Virus record (IMG/VR): IMGVR_UViG_3300012352_000355 | Coordinates: 1 to 64,000 of that record | Reading direction: 5' to 3' (one strand) | DNA length: 64,000 bases | From: a virus | Made by a program: the position numbers and the translations under genes | In this document: positions 18,357-29,455 of the stretch, in pieces | Layout: each line of letters starts with the position of its first letter | Position numbering within the stretch: position 1 is the stretch's first letter | The notes under the pieces: generated by a model | Databases searched by the model: none | What the model saw: only the letters and a program-made list of their open reading frames with translations | What the model was told of the DNA's origin: nothing

Positions 18357-21300
18357 ATGGCAAACGAATTTAAAGTCAAAAACGGTCTTATAGTAATAGG
18401 TGACCTAACTACATCAGGAACTATTACTATTAATGGAGCTCTTGCAGCTACACAATCTTGGGTTACATCTCAAGCTTATTTAACTTCTGCTAGTTTAAGC
18501 GGATATGCTACACAGTCTTATGTGACTAGTGCAATAGCTGCTTTAATAGACTCAGCTCCTGCAGCGTTAGACACTCTTAATGAGTTAGCAGCAGCACTTG
18601 GAGACGATGCTAACTTCTCTACAACTATTACTACAGCTATAGGAAACAAAGTCTCTAAGAGTGGTGATACAATGACTGGTAACTTAAGTTTTGGTGCTAC
18701 ATCAAACTTAGGTTTAACATGGGGATTGAATACCGATGCTGCTTTTATCAAATTTGTATCTACAGGTAACCAAGCTGGAGGATCATATCTAGAGATTGGT
18801 ACTCAAGATGATCTTGATGAGGAAATTAAGTTTACACAATCAGGTAGTCTTCGTTTCTACTTAGCAACAGACGGGTTTCTTAAGAATGGTAGTGGTTACA
18901 AGTATGTTTTTGAGAACGGTACTTGGGGAATAAACATTAGTGGAAATGCAAGTACAGCAACTACCTTTTCTACAACTAGAAGTAACTATAAAGGAGTTAC
19001 AGATGGTGCAGTAGCAGGCCAGTTAATGTGGAAGAACTATGGTAACGGACACACCATATTTGACGCTTCTCAAGGTACATCTCCTGATGGAGGTAGTATA
19101 AATAACACAAACTCAGCAGCAGCATGGAGTGCTACGTATCCTACCCTTATGGGTTGGAATGGCAGTCAGACTTACGGAGTTCGTGTAGATAGTGCAAGAA
19201 TAGCAGATAGTGCGACTACAGCAGGTACTGCAGGTGCACTGACCTCAATGAACATATCACAATTCACTAATAACAGTGGATATTTTGGTCCAGGTTCTTA
19301 TTCTTGGACTAGTCCTGTATTTGGTCAGTATGGTATTAAGTCTAACTTAATTGACAACGTACTGTACAGTGCAGCAGATAGATTTGAGGTATTTAGGGAC
19401 GGAGTAGCTTGGAATACTAATACTCCATTTAATCTAAATTATGACTCAACTGCTGATATTATTCCAGTAAACACTTCTCGTACTTATTCTATTGTATTAA
19501 ATACAAAAGGAAATGGTTCTTCTGGAATTACCTATACAGAAGGTAATGTATATCTTTCTTTCTATTATGTACAAATTCCTGCATCTGTTTCAGGAAGAGT
19601 AAAGGATCAAAGTGGTACTTGGAGAAATATAAATAACTGGACTAATGTAGCTAATAGTGGTTCTTATGCCGTGTGGAGAGGTAACGTTCCTACTTTCAAC
19701 TATATGGTTGAAATAGAGATCACTATTAACTCAGGCTCTTCAGTTGCTACTTGGTTTTCTCAATGGGAATATGTAATGGGTAGACCTGGTCAATATGAAT
19801 TAGGAATTATCAACAAAGCACAAGACAACTCTCTTTGGAGAAACATGTACTTTAGAGATAGTTCTAATAATTCTCAGGTCTCAATTGGTCCAGGTGGTAT
19901 TAGTACAGGTCAAAACTTAAATATTAGTGGAACCTCTGGTCTTAATTTTAATAGTTATGGTGGTGGATTCTACATGCAAGATTCTTCTTGGATTAGAACT
20001 GTAAACTATAAATCTATCTGGACTCAATCAGGACTATTAGGAACTGATGGAGGACTTACTGTAGGATATGGAGGAGCTACTCCTCCTACTGGTGGAGCTA
20101 TTATATCAGGGAATGTTGGAATAGGAACTGGTAGTCCTACTCAAAAACTTCATGTTGATGGAGGTAAAGGATTTGTTAGAACTAGTAGCTCTAGCTGGGG
20201 TCAATTTGCAGTAGTGAATCCAGTTGATAATGAGGTAGGTTTAACTTGGGCTGCAGAGGGAACTGGATATCCTGGAATTGATTCTACATATACAAGACAA
20301 TGGATAGCAGGCTTGAATCCTTTTGGAACAGGAATGGATAGATGGTCTCTGACTAATAAAACCCTAGGATCTAATACGGCTATTACTGTTTTAGTAGGAG
20401 GTAACATAGGAATAGGAACTACTAATCCAGGGACAAAACTCCACGTAGCTGGTAATGCCTGGATTAATAGGCCGTCTAATAAAGTAGACAATGCTAGTTG
20501 TACAGAGTTGCCTTCTAGGGTAGAATTTAACAACTCATTTGCATCAGGACAATCTGGATACATGATATTCAGATATCCTACTTACAATAACTTCTTAATT
20601 TCTGGTGATTATGATGGTAATGTAGGAGGAGCAATTCCTAATATCCAGTTTGGTAGACAGTCTACTGTTCATTTCCATATGAATAGTAGTAATGGTAATA
20701 TAGGAATAGGAACTACTAGTCCTTCAGTAAAACTCGATATTATAGGGTCAATTAGAAGCGAAATAGGGTCAGATGGTAATTTTGTAACATTACAGGCTAC
20801 AGGACAAAGAGTTCACTATATAAAAAGATCAGGGCAAATTCTACAATTTACATCTGATGGAGCTAATACATATGATGTACGGTTTGATTCATCTAATGGA
20901 TCTGCCTACTTTGCAACAGGTAACGTAGGTATTGGCACCACTAATCCAGAAACAAAACTTCATGTTGCAGGTGGTAAAATTACCTTAAAAGGAGGTTCTT
21001 CTACTGATCAACAGATTGTATTTAACTATGCTAGAGAGTACGTTAACGGAATTTATAATAGCAGTGGTCACTTTAGACTTCAAGATAATTCTCTTGGAGG
21101 AACTGTATACCAGTGGGACGGAAGTACTTTTGCATTTCCTAATGGAAATATAGGTATCGGCACCACTAGTCCAACAGGCAAACTAGATATAGTGCCAGTT
21201 GCTCAGAATGCTATTAATATTTCTCGTGCAGGCGGATATGCTTCCTTATATAGTAGCAATGATTTAGTTTTTGAAACAGATAGCGTCTTTTACTTTGGTG

Positions 21301-24071
21301 TTTATACTCCAAGATTATTTTCTGTTAATGGTAGTTTTTATACTACGGCAGCAGGGAGTGTAGGTATCGGAACTAGCAGCCCTAGTACTAAACTTGAAGT
21401 TGTAGGTAACTTTAGGTTAAATACCTACATGATGATGAATGCCAATTCTACTAATATGGGAATTATTGGATTCAATAGGAATGTAGACAATGGCGGAATA
21501 TTCAATTCATCCTACGGAGGTTATCAATTACAAAACTATATTGGGGAATTCCAACTTCAAGTATATAATAGTGCTGGAGCTCCCGTAACCATACATAGAT
21601 TACATAGCAATGGTAACGTATTATGGATGGGTAATGTTGGAGTATCAGTTTTAACTCCAACAGCATCCCTATCTTTAGGTGCTTCCTCTTATGATAGCAA
21701 TCCATTAACGGGACTACAATACTCCCAGGTAAGCGGAGGAGGTAGATTAGATCTAAAGGTACAAACTTGGGGTTCTACTTCTGATTATGGTTTAACTACT
21801 GGTCTTACTGTGGTTACTCCAGGATTTGATACAAATAATGTACGTGTAGGTATTGGTACTGTAAGTCCAGGATATAAACTTGAAGTAAATGGAAGTGTTG
21901 GAGGTTCTCCTGTTAATATAGCTAGATTTACATCGGGAGGAGCTGGTGGAGGGACAAGAGGACTTACTATGTATTCTGACGGTTCTCAACTTAAACTGCA
22001 GGTAAGTGATAATGTAGGAGGAATTGGAACTTGGGCATTCTTAAACTTAAACCCAGATGGAGGTAATGTTGGTATTGGTACTACTAGTCCAACTTCTAAA
22101 CTATTTATTCGAGGAAATGGTACATATAATACATCTACGAGTGAAATTTTAGCATCTGATGTAACTATATTCTCATCAGAGATGAGTAATGATGCTTATA
22201 ACTCTATACTGCAACTTGTTTCTGTACGACAGTCTTTAAGTACAGGAAATGCTTCTAATGGATTTTTAGGATTTTCAACATTAGATGACTCAAACGCACA
22301 AGGCGTACGGGATGCAGGAAGGATAGCTATTGTAAACGAAGTTGGTACTTCAAGAAACTCTGCAACTGCTTTAAGTTTTTGGACAAATGCTGGAGGTACA
22401 AATACAACAGCGGCTATAGAAAAAATGCGTATCACCTCTGGTGGAAACGTAGGTATAGGAACAACTGGTCCTGGTTCTAAATTGTCTATTTTAGGAAATA
22501 ATGATGTATTGAATGTTACATCTCAGACTGGAGATACATCATTGCCTACTAAGATGCTTGCACAATATGTAGGCTTATTTAACAATGGATCTAATGGACA
22601 CCATCTATATATTAATTCTTCTCAGGAATTAGGTTCACCCGAATTTAATATTACAAAAACTTGGGGAGGTTATTTGACCTTTGGGGTTTCTGGAGATGGA
22701 ACAGCAAGAACAAGAGCACTTTATATTAATAATAATGGTTATGTAGGTGTCAATGTAAACCCTATTTCTGGCGATAGATTTGAAGTTGCTGGCTCAGTTA
22801 GAATACACACAGGTAATAACTGGGATGCAATTCAGATTTATAGTGATGGTGCAAACGGATATATCCAAGGTCTTGGTGATGAGACAGGCTTAAGAATCCG
22901 TTCTGAGGCTGGAAATATATTACTTGCAGATAATAGAGGTAATGTAGGTATTGGAGTAACAAGTCCTCAAAAGAAACTTGATGTTTTTGGAAGTGCTGGA
23001 ATTATTGCTTCTATTGGAGCTACCATCAGTCCAGGACAATTTGCAGGATTACATTTTGGTTATAGTGAGTCTTATGTAAACAACGACAGTTATAAAAAAT
23101 CTGCCTTAGTATTTGAAAGAACAGACAATCATGGGCAAGGAGGAAATGCTTCAGGTAGAATTCATTTCTTACTTAATAATATAGCATCAGGTTCAGCAAC
23201 GTCTCTTTCACATTCTGTAATGGTTATTGATACTGACTCGGCAGCAACACAAGGTTCTGCTAGAGTAGGTATCGGTACTACTTCGCCTTCTACCACTTTA
23301 ACAGTTAATGGAATTATCACAGCAACTGGAGGAAATAGCACCAACTGGAATACCGCTTATTCATGGGGCAACCATGCTTCTGCTGGTTACGCTACTACAT
23401 CTTATGTAACTACTCAAATCAATAACTTAATTGCAGGGGCACCAGGAGCACTAGATACACTAGACGAATTGGCTGCTGCATTAGGAGATGATTCAAACTT
23501 TGCTACTACAGTAACTAATAGTCTTGCAGGTAAGGTATCTAAGTCTGGTGATACCATGACAGGTAATCTCCAAGTCAATGCTAAAGTAGGAACTTTGGAT
23601 AACCAGGGGATATACTTAAGAGGCATTGGAGACGCAACACACAAGATTTATTATAGAACTTCAGACGGAGGTAATGTTTGGGAATATAATAGCCCAATAA
23701 AGTTTGAGTACTACAATGGTGGAAATCCACTTACTAGATTAACCCTTGATATAGCTGGCAATCTAACTATAGGTGGATTCCTTACAGAATCTTCTTCACT
23801 TAAACTAAAAGAAAATGTAGAAACAAGTGAGGGAAATTTGGAAAAGGTAGTAAATTTGAGACCAGTCACTTATAATAAAATTGGGTCTGAAACTAAAGAA
23901 TTAGGACTTATTGCAGAAGAAGTTGCTGAAGTCTACCCAGAGTTTGTACAATATGATGAGAACGGAGAACCTATAGGGGTTAACTACTCACGCTTAACGG
24001 CTGCTCTTATTGGTGCAGTAAAAGAATTAACTAATCAAGTTCAAGAATTAAACAAAAAGATAAATGGCTAA
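18357..24071 (+). CDS. long tail fibre with C-terminal intramolecular chaperone (peptidase S74-like)
   Basis: About 13 GxVGIGTxxP repeats; two APxALDTLxELAAALGDD motifs; SSLKLKENV..LRPVTY..GLIAEEV..VNYSRL + coiled coil. Confidence 0.9.
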   Translation: MANEFKVKNGLIVIGDLTTSGTITINGALAATQSWVTSQAYLTSASLSGYATQSYVTSAIAALIDSAPAALDTLNELAAALGDDANFSTTITTAIGNKVSKSGDTMTGNLSFGATSNLGLTWGLNTDAAFIKFVSTGNQAGGSYLEIGTQDDLDEEIKFTQSGSLRFYLATDGFLKNGSGYKYVFENGTWGINISGNASTATTFSTTRSNYKGVTDGAVAGQLMWKNYGNGHTIFDASQGTSPDGGSINNTNSAAAWSATYPTLMGWNGSQTYGVRVDSARIADSATTAGTAGALTSMNISQFTNNSGYFGPGSYSWTSPVFGQYGIKSNLIDNVLYSAADRFEVFRDGVAWNTNTPFNLNYDSTADIIPVNTSRTYSIVLNTKGNGSSGITYTEGNVYLSFYYVQIPASVSGRVKDQSGTWRNINNWTNVANSGSYAVWRGNVPTFNYMVEIEITINSGSSVATWFSQWEYVMGRPGQYELGIINKAQDNSLWRNMYFRDSSNNSQVSIGPGGISTGQNLNISGTSGLNFNSYGGGFYMQDSSWIRTVNYKSIWTQSGLLGTDGGLTVGYGGATPPTGGAIISGNVGIGTGSPTQKLHVDGGKGFVRTSSSSWGQFAVVNPVDNEVGLTWAAEGTGYPGIDSTYTRQWIAGLNPFGTGMDRWSLTNKTLGSNTAITVLVGGNIGIGTTNPGTKLHVAGNAWINRPSNKVDNASCTELPSRVEFNNSFASGQSGYMIFRYPTYNNFLISGDYDGNVGGAIPNIQFGRQSTVHFHMNSSNGNIGIGTTSPSVKLDIIGSIRSEIGSDGNFVTLQATGQRVHYIKRSGQILQFTSDGANTYDVRFDSSNGSAYFATGNVGIGTTNPETKLHVAGGKITLKGGSSTDQQIVFNYAREYVNGIYNSSGHFRLQDNSLGGTVYQWDGSTFAFPNGNIGIGTTSPTGKLDIVPVAQNAINISRAGGYASLYSSNDLVFETDSVFYFGVYTPRLFSVNGSFYTTAAGSVGIGTSSPSTKLEVVGNFRLNTYMMMNANSTNMGIIGFNRNVDNGGIFNSSYGGYQLQNYIGEFQLQVYNSAGAPVTIHRLHSNGNVLWMGNVGVSVLTPTASLSLGASSYDSNPLTGLQYSQVSGGGRLDLKVQTWGSTSDYGLTTGLTVVTPGFDTNNVRVGIGTVSPGYKLEVNGSVGGSPVNIARFTSGGAGGGTRGLTMYSDGSQLKLQVSDNVGGIGTWAFLNLNPDGGNVGIGTTSPTSKLFIRGNGTYNTSTSEILASDVTIFSSEMSNDAYNSILQLVSVRQSLSTGNASNGFLGFSTLDDSNAQGVRDAGRIAIVNEVGTSRNSATALSFWTNAGGTNTTAAIEKMRITSGGNVGIGTTGPGSKLSILGNNDVLNVTSQTGDTSLPTKMLAQYVGLFNNGSNGHHLYINSSQELGSPEFNITKTWGGYLTFGVSGDGTARTRALYINNNGYVGVNVNPISGDRFEVAGSVRIHTGNNWDAIQIYSDGANGYIQGLGDETGLRIRSEAGNILLADNRGNVGIGVTSPQKKLDVFGSAGIIASIGATISPGQFAGLHFGYSESYVNNDSYKKSALVFERTDNHGQGGNASGRIHFLLNNIASGSATSLSHSVMVIDTDSAATQGSARVGIGTTSPSTTLTVNGIITATGGNSTNWNTAYSWGNHASAGYATTSYVTTQINNLIAGAPGALDTLDELAAALGDDSNFATTVTNSLAGKVSKSGDTMTGNLQVNAKVGTLDNQGIYLRGIGDATHKIYYRTSDGGNVWEYNSPIKFEYYNGGNPLTRLTLDIAGNLTIGGFLTESSSLKLKENVETSEGNLEKVVNLRPVTYNKIGSETKELGLIAEEVAEVYPEFVQYDENGEPIGVNYSRLTAALIGAVKELTNQVQELNKKING

Positions 24072-27000
24072 TTTATTATCCAATACCACAGTAGGCGGAA
24101 GTGCCGTAATCACAACAAGTAATATTGGGAGTTATGCTTTAACTAGTATTACCTCTGGTAATGTAACAACAGCTCTAGGATACACTCCCTATAATGCTAC
24201 TAATCCTTCAGGGTATATTAGTAGTATAACAAGTGGTAATGTTACAACTGCTTTGGGGTACACACCTTACAATGCTACCAATCCTAGTGGATACATTACT
24301 TCCTCTGCTTTAAGTTCTTATTTACCTCTAACTGGAGGAGCACTTACAGGTGGTTTGTATATAAACAATGCAGACCCAACTATTTTCTTACAAGATACAA
24401 ATCACAGATCTGCGATGATTCACGTTAACAGTAATGTGTTTTATGTATTGCGTGGTACAGGAACTAACTCTACAGGGTGGTCTACTTATAATGGGTACTG
24501 GCCTTTAGAAATTAATTTAGAAAATAATAACGCTCAATTTGGCGGAAGTGTATCAGCACCTGTTGGAGATTTTAGGGCTCCAATATTTTACGATTCTCAG
24601 AATACTAGCTATTATTTAGATCCTAATAGCACAAGTAATTTAAACGTAGTAAATTTAAGTACTTTAAATGCTAGTGATACTAACGCAAGATATTATTACC
24701 AAGGTACAAACGGTGTTCCATCAAATAACTTAGGTAATCCTACAGTTACAGAGATGGCTTTGTTTGATGAGCAGTTTAACAATAAAACTGCTTTTTACAA
24801 TCCTGCTTCTTTAACTTTTTGGACATCTTCTGATGGAACTAATTACACAGAATATACAGGATTTGATACTACTACTAAGAAGAGATTCTTAGGAGGAGAT
24901 AACGATTCAGGAGTATTTATTCCTAATCTTACAAATAGATTTAGAATTGAACTTGAGAATAGTGCAGGATATGTATTCTTAAATCAACTTTACATTTATT
25001 GGAGTTCTAACTCCCATAGTACAAAAGTACATATCTGGGTAAGACGTTGCGATAACAATCAGTGGTATCAGTGGACAAACAGCAATACACAAGTATCTTC
25101 TTGGCCTGGTCACCTTTACTTACCTTTTGGTGGTATTCCTTTTTACCCTGGCTATTTAGACTCTACTGGTCACTATAATAGAATCCGTATTGAGTTTATT
25201 CCTTCTTGGGCTAGTGGAACATATTCTTACACTAATATCAGTCTCATGCGTATGCAGATATGGGGTGGATACCCTGCAGGTAAGCGTAATATCTATAGCA
25301 CTGACGAGAATCAGAACGTAACATTCCCTGCTAGTATTACTTCTGGTAACAGTGTTATATCTACTAATTATCAAGCAACAAACGCTTACTACTTAAATGG
25401 TACTTCATATTTCTTAAACTCAACTAACGGAGGTATTTATACTAACGCCAGATTTGAAACAGCTGGTAACTTGGTAGTAGGAGGAACTACTTTCTTGGGT
25501 AACGCCAATGGGGACGAAGTTCATATCAATGATGTTTTGAGATTAGGAGCAACTGATTCAGGTGATGCACACTTCTTCTTTGGTGAGGGTAGTTCTGCAG
25601 GTTCTGATTATGGTTCGCACTGGTATTGGGACTCAGGTTACACCTTTACTTGGAATACAAGAAACAATGGTACAGACACTGCTTTATTTGACTATGTAAC
25701 AAACGATACTACATATCTTAACTGGAGACGTCACTTCCATATGCAGAATCGTGAAATTAACTATGTTAGTCAACTTCACTTTAATTCAGGTACTAGGTTT
25801 GTTAATTACAATAGTAATTACTTATACTTTCAGGCAGGATCTGCTTCTGAAGGAGCGATTATTGTGAGAGACGCTAACACTAGCGTAAGAGGATATAGTG
25901 GATATTTTGATAGCAATGGATTTGGTCTTCTTAATTCTAGTGGAGGTTGGGGTATAAGATTAAATCCAGGAAGTGCAGGTACTCTTTTGTACTTTGCAGG
26001 TTCTGAAAGACTAAGAACAGATAGTTCTGGTGCATATATAACAGGTCGCTTAGATGTATCTTCTTATGTCTATACTCCTGGAGCAATTATAGCAAGTAAT
26101 ATTCAAGGTGGTTACCAAGTATTAAGCCTTGATACAATTAAGAATCCTGGTCTTTATCAATACGATGGAGGTATTGGAGGTACACAACCTTTAGGAGCAG
26201 AATGGTCTAATGTTAAAACGATTGAAATAGGTTCTGGTGGTAGGTATAGTCAGTTTGTAATGCCTTATGCTAACAGTAGAATATTCTATCGTATTCATCT
26301 TAATGATGCTTGGCAATCCTATGTGGAATTGATTACTTCTGGTAACATTGGGTCTCAGAGCGTTAACTATGCCACTACAGCAGGAGCATTAACCTCAATG
26401 AACATTTCTCAGTTCACAAATAACTCTGGATATATTACATCTGGAGATACAACAACAGGAATATTTACTACTTACCTAGGAAATGGAACTAGTAATATTA
26501 GCAGTGGTTACACCAGAGTAATCAGGAATGAAAATGGCGCAGGAGGTAATCCTACTTATGCGCCTATCTTACACGTGGCTGCTTCTGATACCATGTGGCA
26601 AATAGCAGGGGCTCATGCTGGTGGGACTACTTTAGTTTGGAGGTCTGGATATTCTGGAGCATGGAATACTCCTTGGTGGACTATTTATCATAGTGGTAAT
26701 TTTACAGATAATTCTTCTAATTGGAATACGGCTTACGGATGGGGAAATCATGCTAGCGCAGGTTATGCTTCTACTTCAGCTTCTTACGCCAATCCAGTTT
26801 GGATTACTTCTTTAGCTTATTCTAAATTAACTGGTGTTCCAGCATTCTTAACTGCTGAGTCCGATACCTTAGCCACCGTAACTGGAAGAGGTGCTACTAC
26901 TACAAATAACATTACAGTAGGTACCCTAAGTACAAGTAAAACAGCAGGAAATACGTTAATTCAAGGATTTAATGCTACTGAAAGTTCTTTTTCCTATAAG

Positions 27001-28239
27001 ATTTACAATAATGGAAGTAGTACTCTTAGTTCAGCAGTATTTACTCAGTCCTTAGATTACTCAGGAACTACAAATGGATATATAAGTTTTACTAGAGGAG
27101 GAGGGGGATCAGATGGATTCTTGATATTTGGAGATAATGGTGGCGAGAGAATGAGATTGGCTTATGGCGGTAACTTAGGTATTGGAACAACTTCCCCAGG
27201 AAGTTATAGACTATACGTAAACGGAGGTCAATATGGAACAATGTTAAGAGGAGGTGATTTAGGAACAGGTAGTGATGTAGTTAGGATGATAAAATCAGAC
27301 AATTCTGTTGCGATGCTTGTAAGAGGGGACGGCAATGTAGGTATAGGAACAACTAGTCCTGGAGCAAAATTAGATGTTAATGGTACTGTTAGTGTAGCAT
27401 CTAGTTTTAATGGATTAGGATATGGTTCATTTGGTAGAACAGTTGATGGATCATATAGACTTATAGTAGCAGGAACTGACGCAACTTCTGGTTCTTATGG
27501 ATTATCTATTACAGATAGTAATGGTATACAAAACTTATGGGTAAGAAATGATGGAGTTACTTACTTAAGAGGAAACGTAGGTATTGGGACTACTAGTCCT
27601 GGATCTAAGCTACACGTAAATGGTGATGTAAAGATTGGAACTTATCTATATTTAGGTTCTGAAGGATCTGGATCTGTATTGGGAGATATTTCAACAGGAA
27701 ACTACTTGAGATTCTTAGTGTCTAATGGTGAGAGAATGCGTATTAATGCATCTGGCAGCGTAGGTATAGGTACTACTACACCTACGGCTCCAGTAGATGC
27801 ATTCGGGGTTAGGATCGGTAGAAACTTCTCTATAACAGATAGAGCTACAGTTAGACTTGATTCTAATACTTCTGCTTACCCAGCTGATATTCTATTTGGG
27901 CACACTAGTGCAGCTAACCAAAGTGCTTGGGATGGAGTATACTGGTCTCTATCTTCAAGGGCAGCAAATGATAATAACAACTTCTACATATATAGAGGAG
28001 GAGGTAATCCAGGTGGAAGTGGAGAGTCAGTTGTTATGGCATTACAACCCAACGGTAATGTAGGAGTGGGAACTACAACTCCTGCAGAAAAACTGGATGT
28101 AAATGGAAGCATTAATGCAACTGGATACAAAGTAAATGGAGTAGCAGGATATACTGGAATGGTTACTATACAACAAGCTCCTCCAATGCCTCCAGTTACT
28201 TTTGATATTCAGAATGGTATAATTGTTAACGTCCTATAA
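24064..28239 (+). CDS. long tail fibre protein
   Basis: GNVGIGTT repeats, RAPIFYDS motif, modules shared with neighbouring fibres. Confidence 0.85.
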   Translation: MANLLSNTTVGGSAVITTSNIGSYALTSITSGNVTTALGYTPYNATNPSGYISSITSGNVTTALGYTPYNATNPSGYITSSALSSYLPLTGGALTGGLYINNADPTIFLQDTNHRSAMIHVNSNVFYVLRGTGTNSTGWSTYNGYWPLEINLENNNAQFGGSVSAPVGDFRAPIFYDSQNTSYYLDPNSTSNLNVVNLSTLNASDTNARYYYQGTNGVPSNNLGNPTVTEMALFDEQFNNKTAFYNPASLTFWTSSDGTNYTEYTGFDTTTKKRFLGGDNDSGVFIPNLTNRFRIELENSAGYVFLNQLYIYWSSNSHSTKVHIWVRRCDNNQWYQWTNSNTQVSSWPGHLYLPFGGIPFYPGYLDSTGHYNRIRIEFIPSWASGTYSYTNISLMRMQIWGGYPAGKRNIYSTDENQNVTFPASITSGNSVISTNYQATNAYYLNGTSYFLNSTNGGIYTNARFETAGNLVVGGTTFLGNANGDEVHINDVLRLGATDSGDAHFFFGEGSSAGSDYGSHWYWDSGYTFTWNTRNNGTDTALFDYVTNDTTYLNWRRHFHMQNREINYVSQLHFNSGTRFVNYNSNYLYFQAGSASEGAIIVRDANTSVRGYSGYFDSNGFGLLNSSGGWGIRLNPGSAGTLLYFAGSERLRTDSSGAYITGRLDVSSYVYTPGAIIASNIQGGYQVLSLDTIKNPGLYQYDGGIGGTQPLGAEWSNVKTIEIGSGGRYSQFVMPYANSRIFYRIHLNDAWQSYVELITSGNIGSQSVNYATTAGALTSMNISQFTNNSGYITSGDTTTGIFTTYLGNGTSNISSGYTRVIRNENGAGGNPTYAPILHVAASDTMWQIAGAHAGGTTLVWRSGYSGAWNTPWWTIYHSGNFTDNSSNWNTAYGWGNHASAGYASTSASYANPVWITSLAYSKLTGVPAFLTAESDTLATVTGRGATTTNNITVGTLSTSKTAGNTLIQGFNATESSFSYKIYNNGSSTLSSAVFTQSLDYSGTTNGYISFTRGGGGSDGFLIFGDNGGERMRLAYGGNLGIGTTSPGSYRLYVNGGQYGTMLRGGDLGTGSDVVRMIKSDNSVAMLVRGDGNVGIGTTSPGAKLDVNGTVSVASSFNGLGYGSFGRTVDGSYRLIVAGTDATSGSYGLSITDSNGIQNLWVRNDGVTYLRGNVGIGTTSPGSKLHVNGDVKIGTYLYLGSEGSGSVLGDISTGNYLRFLVSNGERMRINASGSVGIGTTTPTAPVDAFGVRIGRNFSITDRATVRLDSNTSAYPADILFGHTSAANQSAWDGVYWSLSSRAANDNNNFYIYRGGGNPGGSGESVVMALQPNGNVGVGTTTPAEKLDVNGSINATGYKVNGVAGYTGMVTIQQAPPMPPVTFDIQNGIIVNVL
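24145..24300 (+). repeat. tandem 26-aa repeat in tail fibre
   Basis: SITSGNVTTALGYTPYNATNPSGYI x2, protein-identical but synonymously diverged DNA. Confidence 0.85.
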
Positions 28240-28244
28240 CCCTC

Positions 28245-28274
28245 TTGACAAATTAACCAATAACATTATCTTTG
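28245..28274 (+). promoter_or_regulatory. Bacteroidota-type promoter
   Basis: TTGAC-N17-TATCTTTG. Confidence 0.7.
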
Positions 28275-28310
28275 TAATGTATACAAATCTAAAATTATAA
28301 TTTTACAACA

Positions 28311-28817
28311 ATGGCACTTAAAATCACAAAAAGCATTGGTACCGATAAAGGTATTACCAATGAGGCATACGTACGTATTGCCGACTATCAAATCTCTAAG
28401 TCTGGTAACGCTAACTTCCGTATCCAGTTGTACATGAGCGAATCTGACGCTACTCCTGCTTCTGCTTCTATGGGTCCTATGGGTGGAGATCAAGCACGTA
28501 ACCAACAAATTGGTGAGTACTTGTCTATTCCTTTGACTAAGCAAGTAGACGAAGTTAAGACTCGTACTATGATGCGTCCTGTAGAGACTGAAGTTACTAG
28601 AACTCGCACAGTAACTAACGAAGCTGGTGAGGAAGTAGAAGAAGAGTACACTGTAATGGAATACTCTACTGAAGAAGTTACCGAGGAATACACAGTAACT
28701 AATACAGTTCCTGATTTGTCTTCTGCAGAAGGTGTTGACATTTTTGCATTTGGTTATAGCCATTTGAAAGCAAAACTTGTCAGCTTATTCTCTGCTGCAA
28801 AGGTAGAAGACTGTTAA
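28311..28817 (+). CDS. putative tail fibre assembly protein
   Basis: MALKI..AYVRI..YSHLK pattern, follows the fibre genes. Confidence 0.65.
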   Translation: MALKITKSIGTDKGITNEAYVRIADYQISKSGNANFRIQLYMSESDATPASASMGPMGGDQARNQQIGEYLSIPLTKQVDEVKTRTMMRPVETEVTRTRTVTNEAGEEVEEEYTVMEYSTEEVTEEYTVTNTVPDLSSAEGVDIFAFGYSHLKAKLVSLFSAAKVEDC

Positions 28818-28885
28818 TTTGGCAGGATTTATAAGTATTTATAAAAAAGCATTATATTTGCATAAACCAACTAAATATATAAATC

Positions 28886-29185
28886 ATGGCTACTAAATTA
28901 AACGAACAAGAAATTGAAGCAATCAAAGGCTTCCAGCAAAAGACTCAAAACGTAATTATGGATTTGGGTAAGATCGAACTCCAGATGAATGACTTGCTTT
29001 CTGTAAAAGAGAAAGTAAAAGAAGCAATGGCAGAAGTAGTTAAAGAACAAAATGAGTTCTTCCAAACTATCGAGTCTAGCTACGGTAAAGGTCAAATCAA
29101 CTTGGATTCATTTGAATTCATTCCTGCTGAAGCACCTGCTAACGAAACTCCTGTAGTTCCTTTTACTCAGGCAGAAGTATTGTAA
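28886..29185 (+). CDS. coiled-coil protein, putative tail-fibre chaperone
   Basis: Heptad helix then YGKGQINLDS. Confidence 0.7.
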   Translation: MATKLNEQEIEAIKGFQQKTQNVIMDLGKIELQMNDLLSVKEKVKEAMAEVVKEQNEFFQTIESSYGKGQINLDSFEFIPAEAPANETPVVPFTQAEVL

Positions 29186-29203
29186 TTGAACCTTAGTTCT
29201 AAG

Positions 29204-29233
29204 AAAACCCTCAGAGAAATCTGGGGGTTTTTT
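29204..29233 (+). terminator. intrinsic terminator
   Basis: AAAACCCTCAGA-GAAA-TCTGGGGGTTTTTT. Confidence 0.75.
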
Positions 29234-29250
29234 GTTTTATAGCCAACTAG

Positions 29251-29280
29251 TTGACTTATTTTTTTAAAGGTTTATCTTTG
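29251..29280 (+). promoter_or_regulatory. promoter of the lysis/envelope operon
   Basis: TTGAC-N17-TATCTTTG. Confidence 0.7.
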
Positions 29281-29455
29281 CCATAACCAACCTTTTCTCA
29301 CCTTAAGTACCATCTATGAAAGTCCGAAGTTGCTTTGAACATTCTTTCAGATATCACTATACTGGTGAGTTTAACTGTTTTTCTCACTGCCCTACTTTGT
29401 AAGTGGGTTATAGAAGACATTATTAAATTCTTACGAAATAAAAAAAGGTAACTAT

